A model generated the notes under the pieces. The model was not told where the DNA came from. It did no database searches and saw nothing but the letters and a program-made list of their open reading frames with translations. This document shows positions 1 through 13,093 of a stretch of 61,156 nucleotides of DNA, one piece after another. The translations under genes were made by a program, and so were the position numbers. Source of the stretch: Perkinsus chesapeaki ATCC PRA-425 (taxonomy: Eukaryota; Protista; Perkinsozoa); assembly GCA_013115145.1 (NCBI GenBank), contig JAAPAO010000153.1, forward strand, positions 1-61,156. The letters are read 5' to 3'. Numbering within the stretch: the stretch's first letter is position 1; each line of letters begins with the position of its first letter.

Positions 1-1735
1 TCCTGGCCCTGCGATACCTTATCGGAGCGTTCTAGCAGAACTTACTCCTGATCCAGGTATCGCCTCTTCCCAAGCTCCCGGAGAGAAAAGCGGTTTTATG
101 GGCTTGGCGCTCTGTAAGCAGCACCTCGAGTTTAGCTTGGCTTTTCTTCAGTACAGTTGAGTCAATGCAAAACCTACGATGTTGAGGGCTGCGAGTGGAG
201 ATCTTCGCACTCTTTTTCAGCTTTTTCGCTATCATCTATGTAAACTTTTCCGTTGCACCAGTTTGTTACGACTCTGTGCGGCCTTCATAGGCATCGGGTT
301 GAAACTTTTTTCTGGTTCGTGCCAACACATTGAACGGCTATATTCACAGGACCTAGAATGTTTCTACTAGCACCTTCTCCGCCGTTCTTTTGGTAGTTAT
401 GAAAAGTGAAATTGATATGGCAAATGAAGTACTCGTTCACAGGCCGAAAATCCCAGGAAGGCCAAGGACAGGACAGTGCCGAAAGCAGGTCTACACAATG
501 CGCCTCGGAATACTTCTGGGTTGTCATACGTTGATGTTACGTTCGTAAATCTATGGGTCTCGTAGTGTGGCGCTACTTCACTCAAGTCATTCAGGGTGTA
601 CAGTTCTAAACTTTTCGAAGAGATCCTTATTAATAGGTGGGTAATCACTCTATCATTCAACCTTCATATGTTGCACAAGCCAGATTTCGCCATACCTCAC
701 CCTTGGCCTAATGCTATGATTTAATTGTTGAATTGTTGCGTAATTCTTTTCCAAATAAATTACTGAAGAGCTGGCTACCAATTCGTGAGTAGCCGTGGTC
801 GAGGCTGTCTTGGCCAAAGAACTTGTAACAGCTCGTGTTGCAAGCAAATCATGAATGCTACACTTGCGATACTACCAGCACAGCACGCAGACCAAGACTG
901 ACGCATGCTGTAACTGGGCACACTGAAGACTATGTAGCGAAAACAAGGAAGGCGTATGTAGCCATGCGAAATCGCTTGCAACACGTCGAGAAAATATCAG
1001 CTGGGATGCAATACATGTGAATAGTGTGATCTGATATGTGGCACTGCCACAGTCGCAGGACGGTACGGACCTGCGCTCCGGAGCTACAAGGCACCGAGAT
1101 ACAAGCCTGTTGGCTCCCCTACGTATATACTTCATCAAGCCCGTATAGCCAACGCATTTTCAATGTACCTAACGGTTGGTCGGGCTAGGTCCAATTACAA
1201 GAGCGATTGACTTCTGGGATGACGCATCTGCGGAGAGTATCGCACTGGTGTTCGAGCATTGAGTAGACTATACTAGCATCAACGGCTACGACATGATATT
1301 GAGTCATGTGAGAAATCTTCAAGCATCATGCTTGAAGCATGTTTAAGTAGAGCTCGATGTGTCGGTGTTTGATACGCAGGACTATCAGATATGGGATGAT
1401 GACTGCCCTAGCATCCACTCAGGAAGCCTCTTGGATACTATCAAGCGCGTAGGCAAATCGTGAATCATCAAGCCGCTTGATTCAAACCCGTGAGTCGCAT
1501 AAACACAGCATGTGTACACTGTCAACACAAAGCCGCGCTTCTTTCATAGGAGAATCAACTATGTTAGCGGCAGCAATTCCATTGAAGTTTGACTCTCTAA
1601 GTATGAGTCTCATCGATAAGAAGACTCACCATTGAATACGTCGTACCACGGAGTCTTTGCAGGGAAAACTCGAACAGGCGGCACGATAGAAGATTGCTAT
1701 CGCCGACAGGCCGAGCGATAACCAAGATCTTTGAA

Positions 1736-2600
1736 CTAGGAGTTGACACGTAGTTCAGTCCAGCTCTTGTAGTTTACAACCTCCTCGTGAAGAGCTGAGA
1801 GATTTCTCGCCCACATGCTCGTGTTTTTAATGGGAGGTACGACGCAAAAGTGACGGGTAAGAGCGTCTGCTCCAAGACGCTCAGAAAGACCAATAGTTAA
1901 TGTATAGCTTGCCTTGGCGCTGCTGGGGAAGGGCATAGCTTTACTAGCCCAAGTACTAATATGCGGTTTAGCCCAATCCGAGCCGCCAAAGGTAGCTCTT
2001 AATAACTAGCGATATTGAGCATTGGTGATACATCATCATATTCATTGCCATCACCACGGCCAAAGGAAACTACATCCATTGCGTGATCAGCCAGAGCACC
2101 AAAGGTAAAGGCAGTTGCCCTTCCAGTTAACTGGAGAGTCTCTGTGAATAGAGAACATGCTGATCCACAATTATCATCCGTCACGAAGTCAAAAATGTCC
2201 AGTGGCCTTTTTTATATCTAGGACCCGCTATGTATGGCATATCGCTCCATGAATCGTAACAGAAGTCCCATCTACCTTTAGCATAATAGTTCGAGATTTT
2301 ACCCCACGGCCGAGCTCTATAGCAAGACTGCCATATGACGAACCAGAGGAGAGCATACGTCGTCCACATTATAAATAACATACCAATGAATAGCAAGTGT
2401 TGACAGAATATGTCCTCCACTATTAGAGGACCCGCCAAAAAGTAACCGGCCCGGTTGAACCGGGTAATGGCGTTCTTACTAGCGAAGCCTTGCACTTAAG
2501 AAAAATCCTCGTAAAGAATAGCTGGCAAGGAGTCCTCAGAGGGTACAAAGTCCGGCACAAGCACGACAACAGGGTCATCCAGCAGCCTGTCGAGCAAACC
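1736..2600 (-). pseudogene. Decayed paralog of the C-terminal part of the S41-family protease at 4809..7505
   Basis: ORF fragments MTDDNCGSACSLFTETLQLTGRATAFTFGALAD and MPFPSSAKASYTLTIGLSERLGADAL match the intact gene. They lie in different frames. The segment equivalent to about 5450-5870 is missing from this copy. Confidence 0.8.
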
Positions 2601-4808
2601 AACAGTAGTATTGCTTACCAACGACCTATTGGAGAAAGATCAAAAATCGGTTTGAATCAAACCGTTTGATGGGGATGTATTCTTCTGATTTAAGGAGGTC
2701 GGTTTTTTAGGCTACAGGCTGCGGCTACCCTCCAAGGAACTCTGTGGCCTGTGGTCGGTGTACTGCAACAGGGAACACTACACCTTTTTAACATCAAGTT
2801 CACACTTAAGAACATCAATTTCGTCTCAACAGGCGAATTTGAGCGCACGAATCTAAAAAGGGAAGATCCACTTCACCGTTAGGATTTTCAGTTTCGCCAT
2901 AGGATTCCCAAGTTCGACAAGATAAGTTAGTACAGTCAAGTTCGCTCGACTAGGACAATCAATTCCGCCGTTAGGATCTACGATTTCGCGTTCGGACTTT
3001 CAATGTTCGCCAGTCCCTCATGGTACATTCAATTTCGCCACAGTAGAATATTCAAGTTCACAGTTAGGAAGATCGATTTCGCTCAAGTCGAGGGTAACCA
3101 CCAACCCTGAGATCGCGATGGAGTTCTACATAAATGAATTAGCGGTTTTATACAGTATCAGAGACTGTTTCCATCGTGGAAAGAGACGCATCTTACCGCC
3201 GAAAGAAGCTTCATTGTCGGTCTTTGACACCGCCCGGACCTCACTAATGAACCTCAACTCGCTCAAACCGACCTCTTTGACCAACCTCAAACTCGAACTC
3301 AACTCGCTCGTAAAATGGGGCCCACGGCGTCTTAGAAATGACCCTCTTGATGCAATGCTACTGACGAAGTTGGTGACCTGCGGTATTATTCCATTCGAAG
3401 CATTGGATCGAAAGTTGCTGCAACTTTCGGCGAGAGAGCAATGCAACTAAGTTGCATCGCTCTCTGAGTCAGAGACTCTGACTGATATGCTCCGTTGCCC
3501 TCGGAGATATTCGCGAGCCCCCGAATTCTTCCAACGGCTTTCCGCTTTACTGGTGAATATTCGACCAACAGCAAACCAAATAACATGGACAGGTTGTTAA
3601 CCAGAACGCTCGAGTTGTTCGGGTCTGGTGAGAAAGCTCTTCAATTATCCGCGAAGGTTGGTGAGAAAGTGAGGCGCTTACAGCGAATTTTCCTGAGCAA
3701 TGCAAAGATTGATTTGAGGTTTTCGTGTAGAATAGCATGATTTGTGTTCAATAGTCCGACGTCATCAAAAAGATAAACTTTAATAGGACTTAAGTCCTGG
3801 ATGCGCACCCAATGGGTACCACCCATCGCAACGGTACAACTAAGTGAGCAAGTCATGCCTAGAGCCACCTAACCTCCTCGCACCGGCCGGTTCTGGTGCT
3901 GCGAGTATCGTCTTCATGCGCCGCCGACTCGAGAATACTTGCGCTATGCCAAAGCGATTTCGCACTCGAGCATTTTTCGATATCGAGAGCTGTAACGATA
4001 TTACACTGTAACGGTTACAGTAACGCACAGCACAGCTACTACTCCTGTGCTCCTGTAATAGGCATGAACTATTTGAGATATCCTGAGTGAGATTAACGCA
4101 TTCCGAGCGTTCCTTTCGAACGGCAATGAATGGTAATGATTGCTTAATTGATTCAATACATTATGATGTTGTGAATATAATATATATTGTTTATGTTAGT
4201 GAATATCACGACTCGTGATTCACGAGATTAATTATAGTTATATTATATGACCTATTATAAACCAACTAGTAATACATGTAGTGCACGATGTCATCGTGTG
4301 TTTGAGTTTATAGTCCAACGCCAAAAATGGCTTAGTTAGACTATGTGCAACTGTCGAGAGGGTTCTTCGAGCTCTGTTCGATAGTATCGAACAGGGTATC
4401 GAATCGATACCTATACTGTTGTGTTACTGTATCGTTCACCCAGAAGAATGTAACTGTAAGATGTCATCGTGCGACTATCAGGCGACGAGTTGTCCGACAA
4501 CTCGGCGACTCGCCGACAACCGATACCTGGTTGATATTATCCTTGGCGTTCTTATGATGTGGAGGAAGATGCCTCGCGAAAACCCACTGAGTCGAGCACA
4601 CTACGCCATACTATTCATCATTGATATTTCAAACTCAGAACCAGAACGCGACAGAGACGATTTTGTAGGATAATAATGCTTGTAGCTCGTAACCAAGACA
4701 TTGGAGTTACATTCTCCGGAAATAGCTCCCGTCGAGATGGAGTCTGAGCATCAAGGAAGCCTCACCATCTCGGACTTCAGTCTAGTTCATCTAGTTGATA
4801 GGTCATAT

Positions 4809-7505
4809 TCATTGGCGATAAGCCGGACAATAACCAAGGTCTTCAAATTGAGGGTTGGCACGTAGATGAGTCCAGTTCTTATAACCCACGATCTCCTCGT
4901 GAATAGGGGACCTTTCCTCTAGATTCCTCGCCCACATATTTATATGTTTATGAGGAGGTACAATATAGAACTGCCGAGGGAGAGCGTCTGGCCCAAGACG
5001 GCCAGAAAGACCAATATTCCATGTAAATCTTGCCCTAACGCTGAAAGGGAAGGGTATTGGTTTGTTAGCCCAACTATTGGTATGTCTTTTAGCCCAATGC
5101 GATTCACCAAAAGTAGCCCAATAGCCCAAATGACTAGCAATATTAAGCATTGGTGATATATTATCATATTCATAAACATTACCGCCGCCGAAGGAAGCTA
5201 CATCCATTGGTTGATCAGCCAGAGCACCAAAGGTAAAGGCAGTTGCCCTTCCAGTTAACTGGAGGGTCTCTGTGAATAGAGAACATGCTGATCCACAATT
5301 ACCATCCGTCACGAAGGCAACATCAGTCCAGTAATCTTTTCTATAAGAAAATCCCGCAGTGTAGCGCATCAAAGAGTCCAAGGGGTAACAGAAGCTCCAG
5401 GCACCTTCAGCAGAATAGTTCGAAGTCTTTCCCCACTGGCGAGATCTATACTTAGTGAACTGGCTAAGGGGAGGATAAAAGGGACTTCGGGTCTTGCGGT
5501 TCACAAGCTCCGAATTATCAAATAAAAACCAGCCGAACTGTGGGAGAATATCAGAACCGAAGGAAGTCGAAGTATTGACGAAACTCCTACTAGTCAAGAA
5601 CAATTTGAAAGCCGATGCCCGCGAAGTAGCAGTCCTTCTTGATAATATAAAGTCCTCAACGGACTTCAGACGCGCTACCTCATCGGTTTCAATACGTTGG
5701 CTCTCAGGAGTATCTGGGTCGGTGAGGAGTTGATCCGCATAGTTCATAAGAAGGTACAGTTGCTGAAACCTTCCATGGATAAATGCAGGATCTTCAACGA
5801 GACGAGGATTCTCCTCGAAGAAGGCATCGATAGTTTCATCGAAATTGACGCCAAACGATTCGACCCAAGACTGCCAATTCTCTGTCATGTGGCGGACCAT
5901 GGGAGAGCATATGTCATTCATATTCGAGATAACATACCATTGCAGAGCGAGCGTTGATAAGACATAACCTCCGCCATTAGAAGACATATCAAAAAGTAAC
6001 CGGGTGACGTTGTTCTTTCGAGCGAAATCTTGTACTTCTGAAAAATTCTCGTAAATAGTAACCGGCAATGAGAATTCCTCAGAGGGCACAAAGCTTGGTA
6101 CAGACACGACAACAGTATCATCTAGCAGCCTGTATTGATATCCAGTGCCAAATATCCAATCCGTGTTGGTAGTTGTGGTCGTCACACTTCCGGTAGCTAG
6201 AAGATCGTCATCTATCTTGCTCTCCGCAGTGCTCTGCAGGATGGTATCCAGAGCGGTGGTATCGAAGCCTTCAGCAAATGGGTCTTCAGCGAAATCCCAT
6301 AAGGTGCTGCTCCTTTTAGAGTAGAACTGAGTTTCGAAATCCACGGTCTTTTGGAAAAGAGGGTTTCGATTGGTCAAAGCATTGTAAAACCTCCAACTGA
6401 TAGCATCAGCTCCTGCGGACTTGGAGTAATTGCTTAGACGTGCCAGCCAATTAACCGATTCGGTAGACCCATCAGCAAAAGTGATATTTAATGGGGCGGT
6501 AGGAGGTGGCCGACGTCGTAGGTCTCTGGTAACCAGGTCGCTCACAAAAAATACGTTGTTGAGCCTCTGTAGGGGACCTTGATAAATACCAACATAAGGG
6601 CCTTCGTCAGAAACCATCTCCTGCATCCACTCGAGCACGGGCTTATCGTCAACTTTCTCAATGATATCACCATCTTTGTGAAGAGTTGCTGGCTCGCCGT
6701 AAACTTCAGAATAACGCGAACCACCGAGCTCGGTTATGTTCAAGGTGATGACTTGAGCTCCCCCTTGCATACTCGATTGGAAGCGGATGGGCAGAACATA
6801 CACGAAATCTACGAAGGGCGGCTCGTATCGAGTATGAGCATCATTCAGGCGGCTCAGCTCTCGTTGCAAGGCAAAGTGGAAGGGCGCCGATAGGATGCTC
6901 TTCTTCAAGAAATCCTTCTGTTCGTCAGCACTCATCTTGTCCAATACATTCCCATAATCCTCAATTTTGTTGTCTATGAAGCTCTTAATATCTACATCTA
7001 AAGAGTGTAGCTTGAAACCACAGTTGTTCGACTCTACAGAGTTCTGCAGGCCATTGGCAACATCAGCAAAAGCATAGGTTTCACTTACGCCGTACTTGAG
7101 GTTGTGAAGGGTGAATAGAGCCTTCATGTTGGTGGTAGTGAGAGAATAAAGGCATCTGTTCACATCATCCATTTTACCCCACATATAATCCTTTACCGTA
7201 TCGTTTGGTAAGTGTTGCCATATAGCAGACTGGCTGAGCTTAAAGCATTCGTCAACAGCCGGTGGTGGCAGTGTAGGACGGCCAGTTGTGTTAGATGGTC
7301 CACAAGGAAGGGGTGGTACACTACCGTGGCATACTGCGGGCTGGCCCAGCTTGTTGTACATACAATATGAAGCATCGCCAACTCCCTCGCGGCAAGCTTT
7401 ATCCCATTTTTCAGAACTTGGACCCTGTCCAACTGCGAGGGTTGGCGACAGATACCACACAGCAATGAGGAAAAGCATGGCAAGACAAAGTTGTTTATGA
7501 AACAA
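4809..7505 (-). CDS. Secreted peptidase S41 (tail-specific protease/CPAF-like) family protein, 898 aa, intronless
   Basis: Signal-peptide-like N-terminus, short Cys-rich module and Pro/Thr linker. LLFDMSSNGGGYV resembles the S41 DLRxNGGG motif, and FVTDGNCGSACSLF resembles the S41 catalytic-Ser region. Confidence 0.7.
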   Translation of the reverse strand: MFHKQLCLAMLFLIAVWYLSPTLAVGQGPSSEKWDKACREGVGDASYCMYNKLGQPAVCHGSVPPLPCGPSNTTGRPTLPPPAVDECFKLSQSAIWQHLPNDTVKDYMWGKMDDVNRCLYSLTTTNMKALFTLHNLKYGVSETYAFADVANGLQNSVESNNCGFKLHSLDVDIKSFIDNKIEDYGNVLDKMSADEQKDFLKKSILSAPFHFALQRELSRLNDAHTRYEPPFVDFVYVLPIRFQSSMQGGAQVITLNITELGGSRYSEVYGEPATLHKDGDIIEKVDDKPVLEWMQEMVSDEGPYVGIYQGPLQRLNNVFFVSDLVTRDLRRRPPPTAPLNITFADGSTESVNWLARLSNYSKSAGADAISWRFYNALTNRNPLFQKTVDFETQFYSKRSSTLWDFAEDPFAEGFDTTALDTILQSTAESKIDDDLLATGSVTTTTTNTDWIFGTGYQYRLLDDTVVVSVPSFVPSEEFSLPVTIYENFSEVQDFARKNNVTRLLFDMSSNGGGYVLSTLALQWYVISNMNDICSPMVRHMTENWQSWVESFGVNFDETIDAFFEENPRLVEDPAFIHGRFQQLYLLMNYADQLLTDPDTPESQRIETDEVARLKSVEDFILSRRTATSRASAFKLFLTSRSFVNTSTSFGSDILPQFGWFLFDNSELVNRKTRSPFYPPLSQFTKYRSRQWGKTSNYSAEGAWSFCYPLDSLMRYTAGFSYRKDYWTDVAFVTDGNCGSACSLFTETLQLTGRATAFTFGALADQPMDVASFGGGNVYEYDNISPMLNIASHLGYWATFGESHWAKRHTNSWANKPIPFPFSVRARFTWNIGLSGRLGPDALPRQFYIVPPHKHINMWARNLEERSPIHEEIVGYKNWTHLRANPQFEDLGYCPAYRQ

Positions 7506-8894
7506 ACTGCCAAGTTTCTGCTCTTGAACGACTCTGCCTCAAAACACTATTTTGGAGAAAGAAGAGGCCTCTGACCTCCCTGGCGGCGATAGTCTGTCAC
7601 GAAGACATTTCTGGCATGTCACACGGGCTTCACGTCACGGGGTCCTATCAATGAAGTAGATAAACTATCCAACCATGAAAGATAAGGCATCCTGCTACAT
7701 AAGCATTCATGATCGCGTATTCGCAAAGCTGAGTGCTATGTAAATCAGCGAAGGATCAGCAGAATGATACTGTATGGTTAATCCGTTCACATTACGGGAC
7801 AAGTCGAGCTTCTCTTGAAGAAAATTTCATCCTTATCCGGTGTTCACCCGCCGGGAAATTGGAGAGAGAGCTCGATGCGTCCGGCTACTCCGCGAGCGAG
7901 CAGTTAGGCTTCTAATATGAGATACGCGGAATGCATCGGAGTGAAATCCGAAAAAGTCCGCCTCTCGGCCCCGCACGCGTGCGCATTATGATTGTCACGT
8001 AACCCTATGATGGAAAGTTCCGGTGAGACAGCCGAGCTCTGGTCTTGCCTTCTTCGACCCGTCCATAGTATGGACTCCATACTTTCTCGAGAGAAGAGGA
8101 AGTTATCTTGAAGAACAATCTCACCATTTTGCTATCACAACGTGTGATTTACATAATCAGGTTCTCCCTCGCTGTTCCGTTCCGTGATTCGGGAACTTGT
8201 TTACTATGATTCTCCGCCAACGCTTTCACTGTCGTGCTACAACGTTACCAGACTAGTTCTATCGAAAGTTGGGATCCAAGTTTCTTCCATCAACAACGGC
8301 GAAAACATGATTCTCGTTGATGACTAAGAATTTATTGGACAGAAGGATCACGCCATTGGAAGTAGCGCAGTACGGCTAGCATTAATGACACTCCCGACAT
8401 GAACTCGAGATGGCAAGTCACATAAGGGAGGTTTACGAAGTAGGCAAGTTCAGTTGTTCGTGTTTCGGGCTACTGGTTGTTAACGGGTTCGCTGCTCGCT
8501 TGGGTGCACTGCGCTGCCGCATCCGCCTTCGTGAGAGAGAGTTGGTTGATGACGTAAAACTAAGTCTCAAAGTCAATGTTTCACGCAGACAAGCCTGAGC
8601 TGATCTCCTCACTAAGCAAGCGATGTCCGGTTCTATGTCGAGTTCAGTGTACTAGTTCGTGCTGTTGGTAGCCGTAAGTTGTTCCTGCTGTTGGCAGTGT
8701 TTACCTAGCAACCGTAAGGAGATCTTCTAGTGTGTTTTGGTTTCAAATAGATACTGTTTGTGTGGTAGCTTCCTTCGTGCTCGATTAACACTTCTCGAAC
8801 ACAACATTTTCAACGAGAACTTTCCCGGTATGTTCTGTCCGGAAGCAGGAAGCCATTCAAAAATTCCCTTAATGGTATCGCTAATGGTAACAAC

Positions 8895-10910
8895 TTAAAG
8901 ATGCAAGCCACCGATTCTGAGGCCCTCAAGGTCATCATCTTGCCCTCGAGCTGACGGTAAGAGCTGAATTAACACCTTATGGAACCCTCGGCAGATAGGC
9001 CTACTTGCTCATGCTGCTCTTCCAGAATGAAAAGCTGTGGTATATGGAAGGCGTCGAGAGCGTGGTGACCTTCGTCCATTGGCAGAATCACCGGAAGAGG
9101 ATCTGAAGAATGTGGAAGAAATTATTTTATGTTTGCAAACTGCGTGTATTCAGGTTGTACCCTTACCGAGTGGCGGTCGGAGAAGACGCAAAAGTCGGTT
9201 TGATGGAGATGCATTTTGTTGGCTGAATGAGCTCGAGGTCTGTCGTTGTTCTCCAGCACGCCCCCTCGTTGGCGTCAAGTTGAGCGAATCACACTTTGCC
9301 GCCAGCATCTCTTCCACAGCAGTATCATTAAAGTCCGTAGCACGTATCGCATGACCGTGTTCATCTGATGACGCGTGGCGTATAGCTTCACTCGGATCAA
9401 GCGATACGATACCTCCGCGATGTCGGCAGTACCTGCTTCAGAAAGTTTAAGATCCTCATGGAAGCCGCGCGAAGAGTCGACAATAGATAATCGGAAGTCC
9501 GAATGGCAGACGTCTGCGAACAGATAAATAGAGCGTCGTTTTCAAGTTAGCTCAATCCAGGCCTTTTCGAGGTGATTGGAAGTGCTCACTAACAGCGAGC
9601 TAACTTTAAAGCACAAGAACAGTTATCGCCAAGAACCTACATATGGACAAGGAATCAAACGTACCATTCCACAGAGTCCCGAATGTCTGCATTCAGTGAC
9701 TCAGTAGCTTCACCAACAGAACGAGGGCCGCGCTTTGTCAATTTCTCTAGTGTTAATTCCAAATGGGACATCGCTTCCTCTGCCTGACGTTCCACTATCT
9801 TCAGCCGCGTTTCAACCTATACAAGAGAGCTATTGACGTGAGCAAGCATGTAGATAAATACATACTATGAGAAGGGCGACGACGATGATAGCGAGACACA
9901 CTGATGGACACAAAATCTACAACTCTCAGTAAACATAATACTGCTAGACGACAACTCATTAAGTGGAGCTCGACCCTCCAGTGACGTAGACCTACCTCGG
10001 ACGCCCGATGTTCAAATAGAGCGTGTCGCATGTGGAGCTCCTGCTCAGCCTCGCGAACTTGTTGTTGTATCTCCTGTATTAGCCTCTCGCTTGTGGACAA
10101 TATCTGCAATAACCCGACAAATGACCTAACACTAAAGAAGAGACAACCCGCTGATGTATAGTCGACAAATTTGAGGTATATGTTTCCAGGCGACGCGCTA
10201 GCTCGTCCCTAGTGAGAGAGCATTGCTGTTTCACGAGAAGGCAGCGGCCGCTCAGGTTGCTTCGCACCTGTACGGGGGCTCTGTCAAGTATCGAAGGAAG
10301 ATGGCTCACATCGTCCGCCACTGCGTCAATGATGACATCGTCTTTAACGTGCTCAGCTTCAGCATGTGCAGAGGAACCCTCGCAACATTCGGGACACACA
10401 AAGCGTCCAAGTTGTTTACAGAACATTGAGCAGGGCTGCCCATCATGGAGGTTGCACATTGCGAGATTCGCTGAAGGATTATCTCTCGCCGGCGCTCGCT
10501 CGATCGCAGCCAACAACGCAAAGTTTGTCCGAATCTGACAGGAGGGACCTCCAAAAGAAAGGACGCTGATCCCACTTCCCGGACTAGCATTTCTTGTCGA
10601 CAGCTTGGGCAGGTCACTCGCGCGTACGGTGGTGGATGCCAAGCTGGCTGCTCACCAGTGCCACCATTGAACACATCGTCGTTGTCAACTGAAGGACCCT
10701 CTACCAGTATCCGAAGGCAGCGGGAGCACAGGCTGTGACCGCATCTCGCGAGCACCTTAATAAGAAGGAGAGCAAGCATCCCCTCACATTGGATCCAATA
10801 GAAGGTTTATAAAATCTCGTTCGCATTTTCCACCGAGGAAATGAATCCGTACAGTTATCGGCGACTTGGTATTTGAAGTCAATAATGGGGCAATTCGAAA
10901 GGTATTCCAC
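8895..10910 (-). CDS. Multi-exon RING / B-box / coiled-coil (TRIM-like) putative E3 ligase; ends approximate
   Basis: Exon peptides RCGHSLCSRC...VTCPSC (RING), MCNLHDGQPCSMFCKQLGRFVCPECC...H (B-box) and LIQEIQQQVREAEQELHMRH (coiled coil), separated by short GT-AG introns. Confidence 0.55.
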
Positions 10911-13056
10911 GGTTACGAATTCGAGCAGTGGACGTGGTTCAAGGTGGTTGTCTTGAGGTGTTCTGCTTCGATTGTTCTCATATTCGTACCTTCGGTAGAT
11001 GTGAGCTCTCGTAGGTATCGTATGGGTTATAGCATACTGGGCATTCCATCGTCCCCGATCAACTGCTCATGCTAAACTATACTAGACTCAAACTCAAAAC
11101 CAGCTTAACTAACAACACCAAGTAAAGGACAACAGATATCATACCATCGCACTTGAGAACACTGGTAGGGCAAAGCGTCCATATCACGGACAAATGGAGA
11201 CATGCCGAAATCCTCAAAGTCCCGCGACATCCCGATTGAAATGCCATGCCGACCCTCGCTGCTTCGGTGTGTTGAGCAGCTTGCTGTCACCGCGATGTAG
11301 TCCAGCACCGGTCGTAGTGTGAGGCCGACCGTCTTCACTACGATGGAAGAGCACTGCCTTTCCTGGACTTCTGGGGAGATGCTGGTGACAGTAATGCAGA
11401 TGGGGATCGGTTTCAATTGGACCTGACAGAGGCAATCCAGACAGAATCACCAATCACGCAGAGACATTTATATGATGTATTTCTCGACTTCACAAAATTA
11501 TCATGTGGCAACCTGCGAATTGCAAGCTTTCGTTTTCTACTAGTACGTTGGACTTATCTAGCTTTTTATATAACTAAAAGCTACGGGCACCTACTCTATT
11601 TACTTGATAGTAGTAAGGAGCTAATTTAAACGGATCACATATGACATGAGTCATATCTGCATACTCTAGAACAAGTCTTCTATGGTCCTCAAAGTGATAT
11701 AATTATCATAAGGTATCAACAGATACTCCACAATGTACGTAGCTGAGGACTCTCAAAGTCCCCAGATCTTATACAAGTGAGTTCTTATTCGTGTAATCTA
11801 GACCAGTTGAACACTGTGCTATGGCTCACCCGGTAAACGTCTCCCCTTAGCGTCAAAGTGAACAGGGCTTTGACTTCGGCTATGACTTGGGGAGCTTCTT
11901 CTAGAGACTGCGCTTAGACATCTGATACCATCTGCAGTAGTCGAACGCAGGCCGTGATTCAGTTCTTTGCCGCACGCCAGACAACGACCGGGTAGAGATT
12001 GCGATGAAGCTGTCGATTCTTCATCTGATGGCTCATCATCTTCAACGACCTAAAAGGGATTGAGTCACGGTAATTATAGCATCGACGTGGTGACACCAAG
12101 ACGGCAGCGAATAGGCTGGAGAGGCACTTCGCGTGGAAGAATTCGAATCGTTTGGGATTTCCGCGATAAACCCAAGCCACTGGGAACATCACAACTCGGG
12201 AGGAACGTATTAGAAGTTGCCGTTAGAGGACATATCTTCTAGCAAAATTGCGAGTGAGTAAACCAATCCCGAATGGAAGCCTTAAGCTCACCCTAGCAGA
12301 ATGTATCTCGACGGTAACAGCCAATTCGTCTTTATCATCTGTGACCTGAAATAGAGCGGTTAGACGTTCATTCCTTATGCACTCACCTCCCCAAGGAGCT
12401 TGCTAATTTGACAGAAATTTGCCCAGAGCAGACCGTATCGGCACCACCATAGGGACTCCTCGAAGACATCCACTCGGGGACCCTTATGCTGTCGACCGAT
12501 AGACACGGACCTGAGCATTGTTATTGACTAAGTGCAGCAGCATGGTTTGCAGAAATCTCAATGTGTAGCTTTTTAGCATTCACCAAGGCCAAAGCTTGAG
12601 TATCCCGGAAGAGTTTAGTTCAACAGAATGCGCTAGAAATAACACTAAAAAGCTACGGGACGAGTCCGGAAAAGATTGATCGCTCCGTCTTCATGTTCGA
12701 TATTTTGTAAAATCGTCGACTGCCGGCCACTCACCATCGTATCTTGGTCCTGTTAGGCACGCGCATCTTGATAGCACACCAACCGTTACGACTGGTAACA
12801 TCACCATTTGGAAAGAACTCCACCTACACACCAAACTATAGCTTCGACTACAAGGGGCTGGTGTAGATCAATGGAGAAAGCCCTACTTGCGCGAAGTCCA
12901 AGCCAGTCAGATCGGTGACCTCCTCCGAAAGATACGGTCGGCCCTTTTGGTACCTACACACTCCATCTGTTGGACCCCCTCGGTTGAGTGTTGAGCTTTC
13001 CCCACGCAAGCGTCGCAGGAAATACAATCTCTATTAATGGGAAAGGAAAAATAATA

Positions 13057-13093
13057 CCAAATGCCCTCGAAATTGAATTTCGAGGGCATTTGG
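13057..13093. repeat. Perfect 18-bp inverted repeat with 1-nt spacer
   Basis: CCAAATGCCCTCGAAATT-G-AATTTCGAGGGCATTTGG read directly from the sequence. Confidence 0.95.

Noticed and set aside
1-1700. Several short ORFs at the window start, and most sub-100-aa ORFs antisense to real genes
   Set aside because: No recognisable motifs or coherent exon chain. Most are shadows of GC-rich coding sequence.
2790-3100. Degenerate 20-30 nt periodic repeat (TTAGGAT...TTCGCC), briefly considered a pentapeptide-repeat ORF or CRISPR-like array
   Set aside because: No open frame, irregular spacing, no constant repeat with unique spacers, and the context is eukaryotic.
3118-3740. Isolated LRR-like motifs (SLTNLKLELNSL, LQRIFLSN) in two plus-strand ORFs
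   Set aside because: One good repeat only, no gene structure resolved, and the region is low-complexity.
12200-12500. LDVHSLCTHLP and GTTIGTP suggest a decayed Penelope-like reverse transcriptase
   Set aside because: The motifs are in different frames, too close together, and lack a YxDD. A tBLASTn or HMM hit would be needed.
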